A stretch of 64,000 nt of DNA from Eledone cirrhosa (Eukaryota): the NCBI GenBank assembly GCA_964016885.1, contig OZ024740.1, positions 112,282,001 through 112,346,000 on the forward strand, read 5' to 3'. Shown one piece after another: positions 1 through 12,762 of the stretch. Positions within the stretch are counted from its first letter, which is position 1. Every line of letters begins with the position of its first letter. Below the pieces are notes generated by a model. The model made no database searches. It saw nothing but the letters and a program-made list of their open reading frames with translations, and was not told where the DNA came from. The translations under genes and the position numbers were made by a program.

Positions 1-420
1 ACAAGAGTGTTCGCATTGAGTCGTGAAAGTGTCGGATTAAATATTTTGGTATTTATTCAGTGTTCTTGCATACCCTTACCTATGGTCATGAATCATGGGT
101 AATGAGCGAAAGAATACGAATTCGAATAAAAGGGGCAGAAATGGGTTCTTCCGAAAGGTCTTTGTGGTAACGTTACTCAATAGATTCGGTAGCTCGTAGG
201 ACATACTGTCGCTCCAAGCAAAGCCGTTACTTTTTCGAATTGAGAGATTACTGCTCCGATATTACGAACATGTTAGAATGTCTGAGGAAAGAATCGCTGG
301 ACATATTTCACTGAGTTGGTGTCGCTTGGGGATCCAGCTGGATCAGTTGAAGACGGTTGTCTGACAGGAAAACGTGTCTGAAGACTCTGCCCACACGACT
401 CTCCCAGGAATAAGTGGACG
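1..420 (+). mobile_element. RTE-clade LINE, decayed 3' fragment (post-RT region)
   Basis: Manual translation gives TLTYGHESWVMSERIRIRIKGAEMG and LLFRIERLLLRYYEHVRM, matching the conserved RTE C-terminal LTYGxExW...AEM...RxxxLRW(Y)GHV pattern; frameshifted. Confidence 0.75.
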
Positions 421-880
421 AAGAAAATGGGATTTGTTCCAGCTCTCTACGCCCTGGGTTCAAATTATGCGGAGGTTAACTTTGTATTTCAATCTTTAAA
501 GGTAAATAAATAAAAGTACTTGTTCAGGGCGGTTGGTTGGTGAAATTGTAGAAGCGTCGAACGGATGTTTTGTGGTATCTGTCCCGGCTCTGTGTATTCA
601 CATTTCAAATCCTGCCTCCTGTCACAAGAAAAACCATTATGATTCTTCTCTTGTCGGTATGTAGTATCAGTAATGAATAAAAAGACAATAGAAACATAGT
701 TTCCTTCATCAATAGAACTAACGTAATGTTATTCATAATAGAGGTGTATATGAAGTTATATAAAAATATGTTTAAGTATAATAAGTCTCGTTATGAATGC
801 TTTAATCTGTAATCATGTCATACTTATGTCAGTAGCCGTATGAGAAGATATAGCTTATCTCAGTACCGAGTGAGTGAATA

Positions 881-929
881 AACGTCACTGATGATAGATG
901 AAAAGAATTTGAAACACTAGTCTGGCGTT
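881..929 (+). ncRNA. Minimal type I hammerhead ribozyme motif (Penelope-type)
   Basis: Stem I AACGTCA/TGGCGTT, core CTGATGA (888-894), imperfect stem II, GAAAC-ACTA-GTC with palindromic ACTAGT in stem III. Confidence 0.7.
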
Positions 930-1307
930 CTCACACGGCTGCTAAGATAGGTGTGACAGGGTCGCAGTTAAAACATACACTGCGAGACTTATATATGTTT
1001 ATTACAGGTAAACATATCATATATACATCTATTAGCGTTTACCTTAATCCAATTTGATGATCGGCTCCTTCATTTTCAGTTTGTTCATTGATGAGTCAGT
1101 GTCTTTTGATGGGAATTAATAGACGGTCCAAAGAAAGTTCAACTATTGTTTTGTAAGAGGTTGTAATAGTTTGGTATAAAAAATAGATATCTGAGAAATA
1201 TTTTTTGTATTGGAGTATGGTTGAGTATTGATGTGGCTCTTTAAGGTGTACACGGAGTTTAGTTGTGATGTTGCTATGTTAACTATTTGGATAATCTTCT
1301 TTTAATC

Positions 1308-1500
1308 ATTTACTTCTTTCAACGATTAGACTGCGGCCATGCTGGGGCACCATCTTGATTTAGTTGCTCTTATCGACAGCAGTACTTATTTATTGTGTCG
1401 AACCGCTAATATACGGAGCATAAACACCGACAGGCACAAACGTAAAAATGGACACACACACACACACCCACATATATACGCACGCATGCACGCACACAGA

Positions 1501-1587
<87 letters not shown>

Positions 1588-1690
1588 TATAAAGATGACC
1601 TTTTCCAGTTTCCATCTATCAAATTCCACTCACAAAGCGTTGGACAACACGTGACTATTGTAAAATCACTTGCCTAAGTTACTCCAGTGT
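1308..1690 (+). mobile_element. Octopus-type SINE/interspersed repeat (ATTAGACTGCGGCCATGCTGGGGCACC family) split by (CA)n/(TA)n
   Basis: The same head recurs at 10140-10230 and, on the minus strand, around 36290-36420. Confidence 0.55.
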
Positions 1691-1904
1691 TGAAACAACT
1701 GGAACACTCATCGTCAGAAGTAACGGAGGTCCAACACCCACGCACGTGCTCACGCTATCACTTTCGTTTCCCTCTGTAATCCTATATCCAATGCAAGGTC
1801 TATATGTCAGTTAGAAAATCAAATTCGGTTAGGGGAGACAATGAAATTGGTTATCATTCACTGTAAAGGCCATGTGACACCGGTTTAGGAAGCAATGATA
1901 GACA

Positions 1905-2247
1905 GAATGAAAGGAAGAATGAGGGGAACGAACGAAGGGAGGAAAGAAAGAAAGAAGAGGGAGAGAAAGAAAGAAGAGGGGGAGAGAGGACCGAAAGAAA
2001 GAAAAGAAGAAAGAAGAGGGGGAGAGAGGACCGAAAGAAAGGAAAGAAGAAAGAAGAGAGGGAAAGAGGAACGAAAAGAGAAAGAAAGGAAAGAAGAAAG
2101 GAACGAAAGAAAGAAAGATGAAAAAAAGGGGAAAAAAGAAGGTAAAGGAAAGAGAATGATAGAAAGAAAATATAGTCAGAAAGAAAGGTGGAAAAAAAGA
2201 TAGCAAAATGAAAAAAGATAGACAGACAGAGAGCTAGATATAGACAG

Positions 2248-2297
<50 letters not shown>

Positions 2298-2330
2298 GCG
2301 TGTGCGTGTGTGTGTGCGTGTGTGCGTGTG
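1905..2330. repeat. Purine-rich (GA/GAAA) low-complexity tract followed by (TG)n
   Basis: Direct inspection; includes a duplicated GAGGGGGAGAGAGGACCGAAAGAAAG. Confidence 0.9.
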
Positions 2331-2530
2331 TACAGTATTAAATTTCTTCATTAGAGTATTTTCTGTGTCAACAACTTCAAAGGGACATCACTCCCACAAC
2401 ACTACAACTGATTGTGTGGGGGTGGGAGTTGTATTGAGCGTCAATCACATTGAAAGGGATAGAGTGAAGTGAACAACGACCCCTTCTAAATGTCTGTTTG
2501 TATATATATGTGTGTGTGTGTCTGTCTGTC

Positions 2531-2563
<33 letters not shown>

Positions 2564-2586
2564 GTGTTATATATATATATATGTGT

Positions 2587-2648
<62 letters not shown>

Positions 2649-2804
2649 ATTCCACAATACACAGGTAGGAAATTGTATACTGTTGTGTAGAAGACGACCG
2701 CTCTACCGCACACGTCAGTCTCCTTCTCCCTTTCTTCATCTTTCTATTGTTACACAGTAATCATTTGAATTTGATCCATAGTTTGTGTGTCTGAGAGGTG
2801 TCAG

Positions 2805-2920
2805 ACACGTGGTTTAGTGGTTAGAGTGTTGGAATCACGATCATAAGGTCGTGAGTTCAACACCTGGACCGAAAGCGCGTTGTGTTCTTAAGCAAGACGT
2901 TTCATTTCATATCGCTCTTC
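2805..2920 (+). mobile_element. tRNA-derived SINE (family B) 5' part
   Basis: A box TGGTTTAGTGG, B box GAGTTCAACACC, then the TGTTCTTAAGCAAGAC core shared with other copies. Confidence 0.7.
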
Positions 2921-3080
2921 ATGGTAGAAGTGAGACTCCCATGAATGGTTTTATAAATATAGTTTCCATTTATTTAATATCATTGTATATATATATATAT
3001 ATATAGGGAATGCAACGTCCAGTTACTGTAGGTTCACCAGACATATCAAATCGTCCTTTTTATTATTATTATTATTATTA

Positions 3081-3266
3081 GGGCGGTGGATTGGCAGTAT
3101 TGGTAGAGGGTCGGACGCCATATTTGACGTATAGAGTTACGGCCCTTGCCATTCTGAGTTGAAATCCCGCCGAGGTTAACTTTGCCTTTCATCCTTACGG
3201 GGTCGATAAAATAAAGTACCAGTAATGTACTGGGTAATTGCTGGCCTTGTACCAAAAGTAGAAACA
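3081..3266 (+). mobile_element. tRNA-derived SINE (family A)
   Basis: GGCGGTGGATTGGCAG...GAGTTGAAATCCCGCCGAGGTTAACTTTGCCTTTCATCCTTACGGGGTCGATAAAATAAAGTACCAG; flanked by (ATT)n; more than 15 copies in the window. Confidence 0.85.
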
Positions 3267-3288
3267 ATTATTATTATTATTATTATTG

Positions 3289-3437
3289 TTCTTTGAGTCT
3301 CAGTCATTGATGTTATTTAACTGGAAAGTTTGTTGAAATGAATATCAAGCGACTACCTGCAGCCTCAGATATTCAGGACGTATCGGAGGGTTCTTGCTGT
3401 TCCCAGCAATCATGCTTTTGAAGTGTTCCAAAAAGCG

Positions 3438-3438
<1 letters not shown>
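3289..3438 (-). mobile_element. R4/Dong-like (RLE-type) non-LTR element 3' end inside (TAA)n
   Basis: Minus-strand translation A*LLGTARTLRYVLNI* matches the conserved LLGTARILR C-terminus; (AAT)n on both sides. Confidence 0.6.
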
Positions 3439-3490
<52 letters not shown>

Positions 3491-3496
<6 letters not shown>

Positions 3497-3621
3497 GAAC
3501 ATTTTATACAAAATCATTGAGGGGAAGTTTACCGTAGAAGCATTATTCCCTAGGAATAACCAGAGATAAAAATTCTTCTACCGTAATCTTCTCAATGATT
3601 TTGTATAAGATGTTCTATATA
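3491..3621. repeat. ~130-bp fold-back (inverted repeat) element flanked by TA
   Basis: TATATAGAACATTTTATACAAAATCATTGAG ... CTCAATGATTTTGTATAAGATGTTCTATATA. Confidence 0.85.
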
Positions 3622-3671
3622 TACATATATATACATAAACACATAGTATATGCTTTCATATACACCCCTCC

Positions 3672-3790
3672 AGGGGCGTGTGGCTGAGTGGTTAGAGAAT
3701 TGGATTCGCAATCGTGAGGTTGTGAGTTCAATTCCTGGACCGGGCGATGCGTTATGTCCTTGAGCAAGACACTTTATTTCACGTTGCTCC
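3672..3790 (+). mobile_element. tRNA-derived SINE (family B) 5' part
   Basis: GGCGTGTGGCTGAGTGGTTAGAG...GAGTTCAATTCC...CCTTGAGCAAGACACTTTATTTCACGTTGCTCC. Confidence 0.75.
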
Positions 3791-4164
3791 TTCTATCTGG
3801 AGTTGCGACCGATAGATAGTATTAGCAATTGGAAAGACCAACGGAAACATTGTTTCCTCGGTCCGATTTGACGAAAGTCGATCGTTTGAAGATTCACCCC
3901 TGATGAACCACTCTGCAATACCACTTCTGATATATATGTATATAATAGGTGGATTCCTGTTGTATATCGGGAGATGACAACCGTTACAAAAAGTACTCAG
4001 TACGCTAATAGAATATAGGCATCTACAGTACACACACACACGCACACACACACACGCACACACACACACACATATATATGTGTATGTGTGTGTCGGGTTT
4101 AATCGGGGGTAACCACAGTAAGTAAGGTACTCAATACATAGCAGAGGATAAATATTTAATATAG

Positions 4165-4244
4165 AAATGGCTTCTACAGGACTAGAACAGTCGACTTTCC
4201 TGATGATTTCCTTCGAATGAAACAGTTCTAGTCATGTAGAAGCC

Positions 4245-4248
<4 letters not shown>
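4165..4248 (+). mobile_element. Penelope-like pLTR remnant with HHR core and inverted terminal copy
   Basis: IR 4165-4188/4225-4248; CTGATGA (4200-4206)...GAAAC-A-GTT (4219-4227); ends in (TA)n. Confidence 0.6.
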
Positions 4249-4308
<60 letters not shown>

Positions 4309-4407
4309 AAGGAGTGTAACTTGGAGTTACTGTAGGTTCACCCGGGAGAGTACTCGATGTTTAGGTTCACTTCTGTGTCGAGGTGTAGAGCTAGACAGGG
4401 TGTAAAC

Positions 4408-4698
4408 AATTATAGTAAAATAAAACAAAGACGAGTTGTTACTCCTTCATTACGTTTATTGGTTGGTGACGCGCGTTTCGCCACTGGTCAGCTCAAGGTT
4501 CGATCTGACCCCTTATAATGGTAATGAAGAATCATTTTTTCATTACCATTATAAGGAGTCTGACGAGCCGTGAATTACAGAGTCGGGCTAGATCGATACA
4601 GATGGAACCTTGAGCTGACCAGTGGCGAAACGCGCGTCACCAACCAATAAACGTAATGAAGGAGTAACAACTCGTCCTTGTTTTATTTTACTATAATT
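4408..4698 (+). mobile_element. Fold-back non-autonomous Penelope-like element with HHR core
   Basis: 100-bp IR 4408-4507/4599-4698; inner IR 4507-4528/4539-4560; CTGACGA-GCC...GGC-GAAAC-GCGC-GTC (4560-4638); AATAAA and TA tail. Confidence 0.7.
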
Positions 4699-5189
4699 AT
4701 ATATATAATTTGATTTCGTTACGAAAGGTTGCGAGAATTAAAAAATTCGAAAGTGTTTTCTTTTGGAAAGACGCCACACTGCAGAAGAACTATAAATAAC
4801 AGTTGAATTAATCGGGTGAAGTACCCTTGGAGAAGGAAAACAGTGGACAGATCCACCTGCATACATGCATACACACATATACGGACACACATACATATGC
4901 GCATAAATCTCTTTCCATTTTAAAACTTAAAATAACATTTTTCTACAAAATAAGAGTAGTGCTTTTTTTGTGTGTGTCATCAATATCTCTGGGAGAAATG
5001 TTGAGGGAACTTCTCCCAGGGAAACCACTTTGATTCTCCGCGCCTGGTGTATTGTCTAGGACCTATCTCTCCTCTCCTCTGCCTGTTATAGAAAATATTT
5101 ATCACCCTTTGTGAGTGGTGATAGCGATATCACATTGTTTACAAGTGAGTATGTCTATATGGTGTATGTTTATGTGTATATCGGTATAC

Positions 5190-5235
<46 letters not shown>

Positions 5236-6185
5236 GCCTTTCCTCCACTTAAAAAACCTTCAAAGCACAGGCATTGCTTGTTCATGGTATGTTAAAGGTT
5301 CGTGTTATTGGCCGTAGCCTAAAAGTGCACCAAACTGTATAATCTGACAAGCGATTGCAATACTCTTAGCAGAGTTTGCAGCCATCATATATATGTATAT
5401 ATATACATATATATATGTGTGTGTGTGAATGTATATGTATATATGAGGGAGAGTGGGGAATAGTGAGAGTTTCTTAGATATATACAGTATATATATATGT
5501 ATATATGAAAGCGTGTATGTTCATCAATAAATAATATTTTGCATATCTCGTAGGTAGTTATGTATGTGTGTACGAGAGTTAGTGCGTGTGTGTTACCTTC
5601 CCATTGAAAGTGGTTATATATATATAATATGTGTGTGTATCTATAAGATATGATGTATGGGAAATATATTTAGAGAAAGAGAGAGAGGGTGAGGGGGAGC
5701 CTCCCAACCATAATACTGGTTCTATTACATATTGTTGATCTTCTTGCTCTAACTATGCTACCGTAGCCCTTTGAACATCAACATCAAAGGGATATTGAAT
5801 GGGTGGAGCTGTCTGGCTGTCTGTCGTGGGTGGAACAGGCGAGAGAAAGGGAGGCTGGAGGATAGGGACGGGTGGTGGGAACCCCTTGTTACGCCCTTGT
5901 TAAGTGACAGTTAGAAACGAACACCACATTCACATTGACACACACAAATACATACATATACATGAATATACGCTGAAACACTGATGCACACACACACACA
6001 CACACAGACACAAATACTTACACATATACATGTATGCGCTGGCGCACTGACACACACACACACACACAAACACAAATACTTACACATATTCATGTATGCG
6101 CTGGCGCACTGACACACACACACACACACACATAATTACATACACATTTACACATATAAAAACACAGACACGCATTATTTGACTC

Positions 6186-6365
6186 TCGGTAGATTGGCAG
6201 TATCGGGAGAGGGTCGGACGCCATGCTTTGCAGCACAGTTACGTCCCTTTACGGAGTTCAAATCCCGCCGAGGTTAACTTTGCCTTTCATCATTACGGGG
6301 TCGATAAAATAAAGTACCAGTAATGCACTGGGTAATTGCTGGCCTTGTGCCTAAAGTAGAAACAA
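6186..6365 (+). mobile_element. tRNA-derived SINE (family A)
   Basis: Same diagnostic core as 3081-3266. Confidence 0.85.
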
Positions 6366-6481
6366 TTATTTCACTCTCTACCAGACATACACACATACAA
6401 ATATAAACATACACACATACAAATACCTCAAATACATATACATCATCATGCCTCACACACCCACACACCCACACCCACACA

Positions 6482-6540
<59 letters not shown>

Positions 6541-6814
6541 AGAGAGAGAATGAGTGAGAATGCGTTTGTTTGTATGCGTGAACATTTGTGTATAATATAT
6601 ATATATGTATATATAATGTAGGAGGTGAGTTTTATTGTAGTACAATAAAGCAATGATATGTTGATTTAAAACTGAACTATCCACAAGTGTTTTTTAGCCT
6701 TCATATCATGTCCTCCTGTTTTATCTGATGAAAACACAAATATTATTGCATGATGATATTTGTTTTTGAAATGCGCATAATAAAATACATGGAACTCCTT
6801 TAACCATCTTATGT

Positions 6815-6870
6815 TCTTATATATATATGTATATATAGATATGTGTGTTTATATATATATTTACATATAC

Positions 6871-6923
<53 letters not shown>

Positions 6924-7018
6924 CGTGTGTGTGTGTATATATATACATGTGTGTGTGTATATATACGTGTGTGTGTATATATATACGTGTGTGTGTGTGT
7001 ATATATATACGTGTGTGC

Positions 7019-7070
<52 letters not shown>

Positions 7071-7230
7071 GTGTGTGTGTATATATATATACGTGTGTGT
7101 GTGTGTATATATATATATATGTGTGTGTGTATATATACGTGTGTGTGTGTGTGTATATATATATACGTGTGTGTGCGTATACATATATAAGTGTGTGTGT
7201 GTATATATATGTGTGTGTGTATATATATAC

Positions 7231-7274
<44 letters not shown>

Positions 7275-7514
7275 ATATATATACGTGTGTGTGTGTATAT
7301 ATATATATATATGTGTGTGTATATATATACGTGTGTGTGCGTATATATATATATACGTGTGTGTGTGTATATATACATACGTGTGTGTGTGTATATATAT
7401 ATATATACGTGTGTGTATGTATATATATACGTGTGTGTGTATATATATACGTGTGTGTGTGTATATATATATGTGTGTGTGTATATATACGTGTGTGTGT
7501 ATATATATATATAC

Positions 7515-7545
<31 letters not shown>

Positions 7546-7900
7546 CGTGTGTGTATATATATATACGTGTGTGTGTGTATATATATACGTGTGTGTGGGT
7601 GTGTGTGTATATACGTGTGTGTGTGTATATATACGTGTGTGTGTGTATATATATGTGTGTGTGTGTATATATACGTGTGTGTGTATATATATATATACGT
7701 GTGTGTGTGTGTATATATATATATACGTTTGTGTGTGTGTATATATATATACGTGTGTGTGTGTGTATATATGTATGTGTGTGTGTGTATATATACGTGT
7801 GTGTGTATATATATATATACGTGTGTGTGTGTGTATATATATATATACGTGTGTGTGTGTATATATATATATACGTGTGTGTGTGTGTATATATATATAC

Positions 7901-7948
<48 letters not shown>

Positions 7949-8025
7949 ATATATGTATGTGTGTGTGTATATATATGTGTGTGTGTGTATATATATATAT
8001 ATGTGTGTGTGTATGTGTGTGTATG
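6815..8025. repeat. 1.2-kb compound microsatellite [(TA)n C (GT)m]k
   Basis: Direct inspection; source of the spurious 300-400 aa ORFs. Confidence 0.95.
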
Positions 8026-8400
8026 TTTGTTGTTCACAATACAATATAGAAATGACTCGCTAGTTGAATCATGCTAAATATCCACAATGTTTGTTATTAA
8101 ACCAAAACTAATGTTATTTTCTTCACTAAACTAAACAGCAACAATGAAAGTATTGTACAGTTTGGTTAATATACATACATGCATATGTTTGTGTATAGTG
8201 TATATACATAGGTATATACAATACCTTACAGCTCACACCTTCAAATTGACCAAATAAATGGCAAACACAGGTGCTACTACCGGATTGACCAGGTGGTACG
8301 TAGCATTACTGTCGTTGGTGCGTGACGGAGTGATGGGTGAGTGAATTCAACTTCACCGGTGCTTTTATAGAAATATTACTAAATGAATATTCAAAGATAC

Positions 8401-8472
<72 letters not shown>

Positions 8473-8473
8473 C

Positions 8474-8533
<60 letters not shown>

Positions 8534-9050
8534 GGTGCTTTGTTCAATGAGCTGTTGTTGACTATAGCCATGGTGACAATATTTATGATGAATCCTCCGT
8601 CGATTGTGACGATAAGGATTCGGTTATTTTTATCAGAGTTGATTAACAGGTAGGTGTTTCCACATGGTGTATTTCATATATAAGTTTATTCTTAACGCAA
8701 TTTTCAAACCAAATCAGTCTGATCCGATATGGAAAGACTGGGCATTTTACATAACAGATAAAATCCATCCGACGGGCTTCCACACACTTTCTGTTTACAC
8801 GATTTCAGTCACAAAACTTGAGTTGATCCGAGGCTATGGTAAGGACACTCTATATATTTAATGTAAATGGGAGAAAAATAGGGAGGCATGCAGAAGACAA
8901 ATGAACGGAAAACAAAACAAAAGTCTTGGGCTTCAGCTGTCTCCTATCGGATCAGTTGTTTCGCAACCTCCGAGGCAGGAGTGTGTTTTATCACGATTAC
9001 AGCACTACAAGTGACACTTTCCAATATATATATATATATACATACAAAAT

Positions 9051-9608
<558 letters not shown>

Positions 9609-9691
9609 CTTATCGACAAAATATTCAATATGTCATATTGATCGTAAATTAATTTCCACAGGGTCAGCTACTTTATTCTATTCTTAATAAT

Positions 9692-10072
9692 TGTTTCTAC
9701 TTTTGACACAATGCCACCAATTATCCCAGTGCATTACTGGTACTTTATTTTGTCGACCTCTTAAGGATGAAAAACAAAGTTAACCTCGGCGGGATTTAAA
9801 CTCAGATCATAAAGGGCCGTAACTCTTTGCTGGAAAGCATGGCGTCCGACGCTCTACCGATACTGCCAATCCACCAATATTCTATTCATAATGATGATCA
9901 TTATTTCCGGCCCTTTACTTTCTATGTTCAAATCCCGACGAGGTTAACTTTTCCTTTCATCATTACGGGGTCGATAAAATGAAGTACCAGTAATGTACTG
10001 AGGTGGGGGGGAGATTTAATCACTTTCCCCTCCCCTTCAAGTTGTTAGCCTGGTGTCAAAAAATAGAAACAA
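9692..10072. mobile_element. Two family A SINEs head-to-head (9692-9876 minus, 9908-10072 plus)
   Basis: Diagnostic core present in both orientations. Confidence 0.8.
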
Positions 10073-10569
10073 TTATTATAAGAATTGGTAAAAGTAGTTT
10101 TTAGATTTAATTTATATTTAGGTAAGAACTCTTTTTCTGGTTTCAGTCATTAGACTCGGCCATGCTGGGGCACCACTTCGATCATATCGATCCTAATACT
10201 AACTTTCTTTCAAGGCTGGTACTTTTATTCGTCTCCCTCGCTCTCTCCGTCTCTCTCTCTCTCTCCCTCCCTCTCCATCTCTCTCTTCGTCTCTCTCTCT
10301 CACTCTCTCCGTCTCTCTCTCCCTCTCTTCCCCTCCCGCTCCGTCTCCGTCTCCCCCCCCCCCTAATTCTCATATATATATGATTAAAATCAACTTGCTT
10401 CCATGCAATTTACTAAGTGCAAGGGAAATAACTCTGTCAGTTCATTTGCGTAGTTACCTCCTCTTGATAAATGTCATTCGGTGTGTTTTATCATTTATCG
10501 TATGTTAGGAAAAATTGAAATAACAATAAAACAACAATAATTATTTTTTCGATCTCTAATTTATGAGAG

Positions 10570-10620
<51 letters not shown>

Positions 10621-10773
10621 GAGAGAGAAAGAGTGAAGTGTGGGTGGGTATTTATGTATAAACATTAAATAAACGTGGGAAAGGGGACGTGAACCTGGTT
10701 GGTTGTCATTTGTGAAGTATCTAAACCCTTCCAACGAAGGACCAAGCCTTGAAACGTTACTATATTATTATTA

Positions 10774-12762
10774 GCAGTATCGGTAGAGAGTCGAACGCCA
10801 TGCTTTTCACCAGAGAGTTACGGCCCTTTATGACCTGAGTTCAAATCCCGCCGAGGTTAACTTTGCCTTTCATCCTTACGGGGTCGATAAAATAAAGTAC
10901 CAGTCACGCACTGGGGTCAATTTAATCGACTTTCCCCTTCCCCAGAATTGATGGCCTTGTGCCTAAAGTAGAACCAATTATTATTATTACAATTATTGCT
11001 TTTGTTGTTGTTCGAAAAGGCATAGTGGTTAAAGTGTCATAGTAAATGATTCGTTAATTATTCCGACTGACCACGTTCTGATAACATAGCGACATATTGA
11101 TAAAATAACTTATTTAATTTGTTGCTTTTTTTTTTTCAGGTAAGTGCCTCACTTGTATGGCTTTTAATATATCGGTGGTGTATAACATTGAGGTGTTTGG
11201 AATATATATACCCAGCAACACAATTCATTAAAATGTGAATTAAGGTAAACTCATCAATTTTCTTTGGGGGTTTGTATTTATATATTTATGTATTATTACT
11301 ACTGCTGTTATTATTGTTGTTGTTGTTAGGACGGTAAAATGACAGAATTGTTAAAAGCAACGTGCTCCATGCTTTGCGGCATATAGTTACGTCCCTTTGA
11401 GTTCTGAGTTCAAATCGCGCCGAGGTTAGCTTGGCCTTTCATCCTTACATAAAATAAAGCACCAGTAATGCATTGGGTTGATTCAATCGACTTTCCGTTC
11501 CCTAAAATTGCTGGCCTTGTGCCTTAACCAGAAATCGTTATTGTTGTTGTTGTTAGGATGGTGAAATGACAGAATTGTGAAGAGCGTCGGGCACCATGCT
11601 TTGCGGCTTATTAATTACGTTCCTTTACGTTCTGAGTTCAAATCCTGACGGGGTTAACTTTGCCTTTCATCCTTACGGGGTCGATGAAATAAAGGACCAG
11701 TAGCGCACTGGGCTCTATTTAATCAACCATCCCCTCCACTTCAAATTGCTGACTTTGTGCTTAAATTAGAAACCATAATTATAATTGTTGCCATTTATAA
11801 GAGTGATCTAACATTAGTTTTTTAAAAAGGAAAGAAAGAAATCTAATATCTAAAAGATGTACAGTGATAATGTGATCGAGTATCAAAGATATGATTCTGA
11901 AAATCCACAGACATTTTCTGTTCAAATCAAATCTAGGCCAACTTTGCTATTTATCCTTTCAGAGTTGATAAACAGAAATAGCAGTCCAGGGTAATGGATT
12001 GGTGGCATTGTTAGAGAGTTGGACAAACAAAACGTCTTGTAATGTTTGTTCTGGTTGTTTGTGTCCTGAATTTCAAATTCTGTTGTTGTCTACACGTGTG
12101 GTAAATTTAATCCAGTATCCGATTTAATACCATAACCTAGTCCTTGGTACCTTTATCGGAGTCTACTCTGTTGCAAGCGAGGCCTCCAGTTTGAGGATAT
12201 CTTCCTCCATCTCTCCAGGCGATCTTGAACGGCCTCAAAAAAGCTATGTACACTGTCCTCCCGTCTTTGATGAAGCATTAAAATAAATTAGGAATTATTA
12301 AAATATTTTCTAATTCAGCTACAAGGCCAATAGATTGAGGGTAAATAAAGTCAGTTATATCAGCCCCCTGGCGTTTCACTGATACTTCTTCATTTTATCA
12401 ACATTGGAAGGATGGACAAAATTAACATCGGCGTGTTTTGAACTCAGAACGTAAAGAACCAGAATAAATACAGCATTTCTTCCGACAATTATAATATTCT
12501 GGAGTTATTGAGATCAAAGACAAATTTATATGAACGTTCAAATTGAACATGGTAATCTAGAGTTTAATGGGTTTAATAATTGTTTCTACTTTTGGCACAA
12601 GGCCAGAAATTACCCAGTACATTACTGGTACTTTATTTTATCAACCTCGTAAGGATGAAAAGCAAAGTTAACCTCGGCAGGATTTGAACTCAGACCATAA
12701 AGGTCCGTAACTCTATGCGTCAAAGCATGGCGTCCGACCCTCTACCGGTACTGCCACCGCCC
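10774..12762. mobile_element. Cluster of family A SINE copies (10774-10975 +, 11328-11535 +, 11555-11773 +, fragments 11905-12080 +, 12310-12500 -, 12582-12762 -)
   Basis: Repeated GAGTTCAAATCC...GGTTAACTTTGCCTTTCATCC core. Confidence 0.8.
11121..11145 (+). promoter_or_regulatory. Candidate recursive splice site (acceptor abutting donor)
   Basis: GTTGC-T11-CAG|GTAAGT: strong polypyrimidine acceptor fused to a consensus donor. Confidence 0.4.

Noticed and set aside
1030-1290. Possible GIY-YIG C-terminal fossil on the minus strand
   Set aside because: Only vague similarity (LRVHLKEP...LINEQ), with no diagnostic motif
6809-8077. 300-400 aa Y/I/H/T/V/C ORFs here and at many other microsatellites
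   Set aside because: Translations of dinucleotide repeats that cannot contain stop codons
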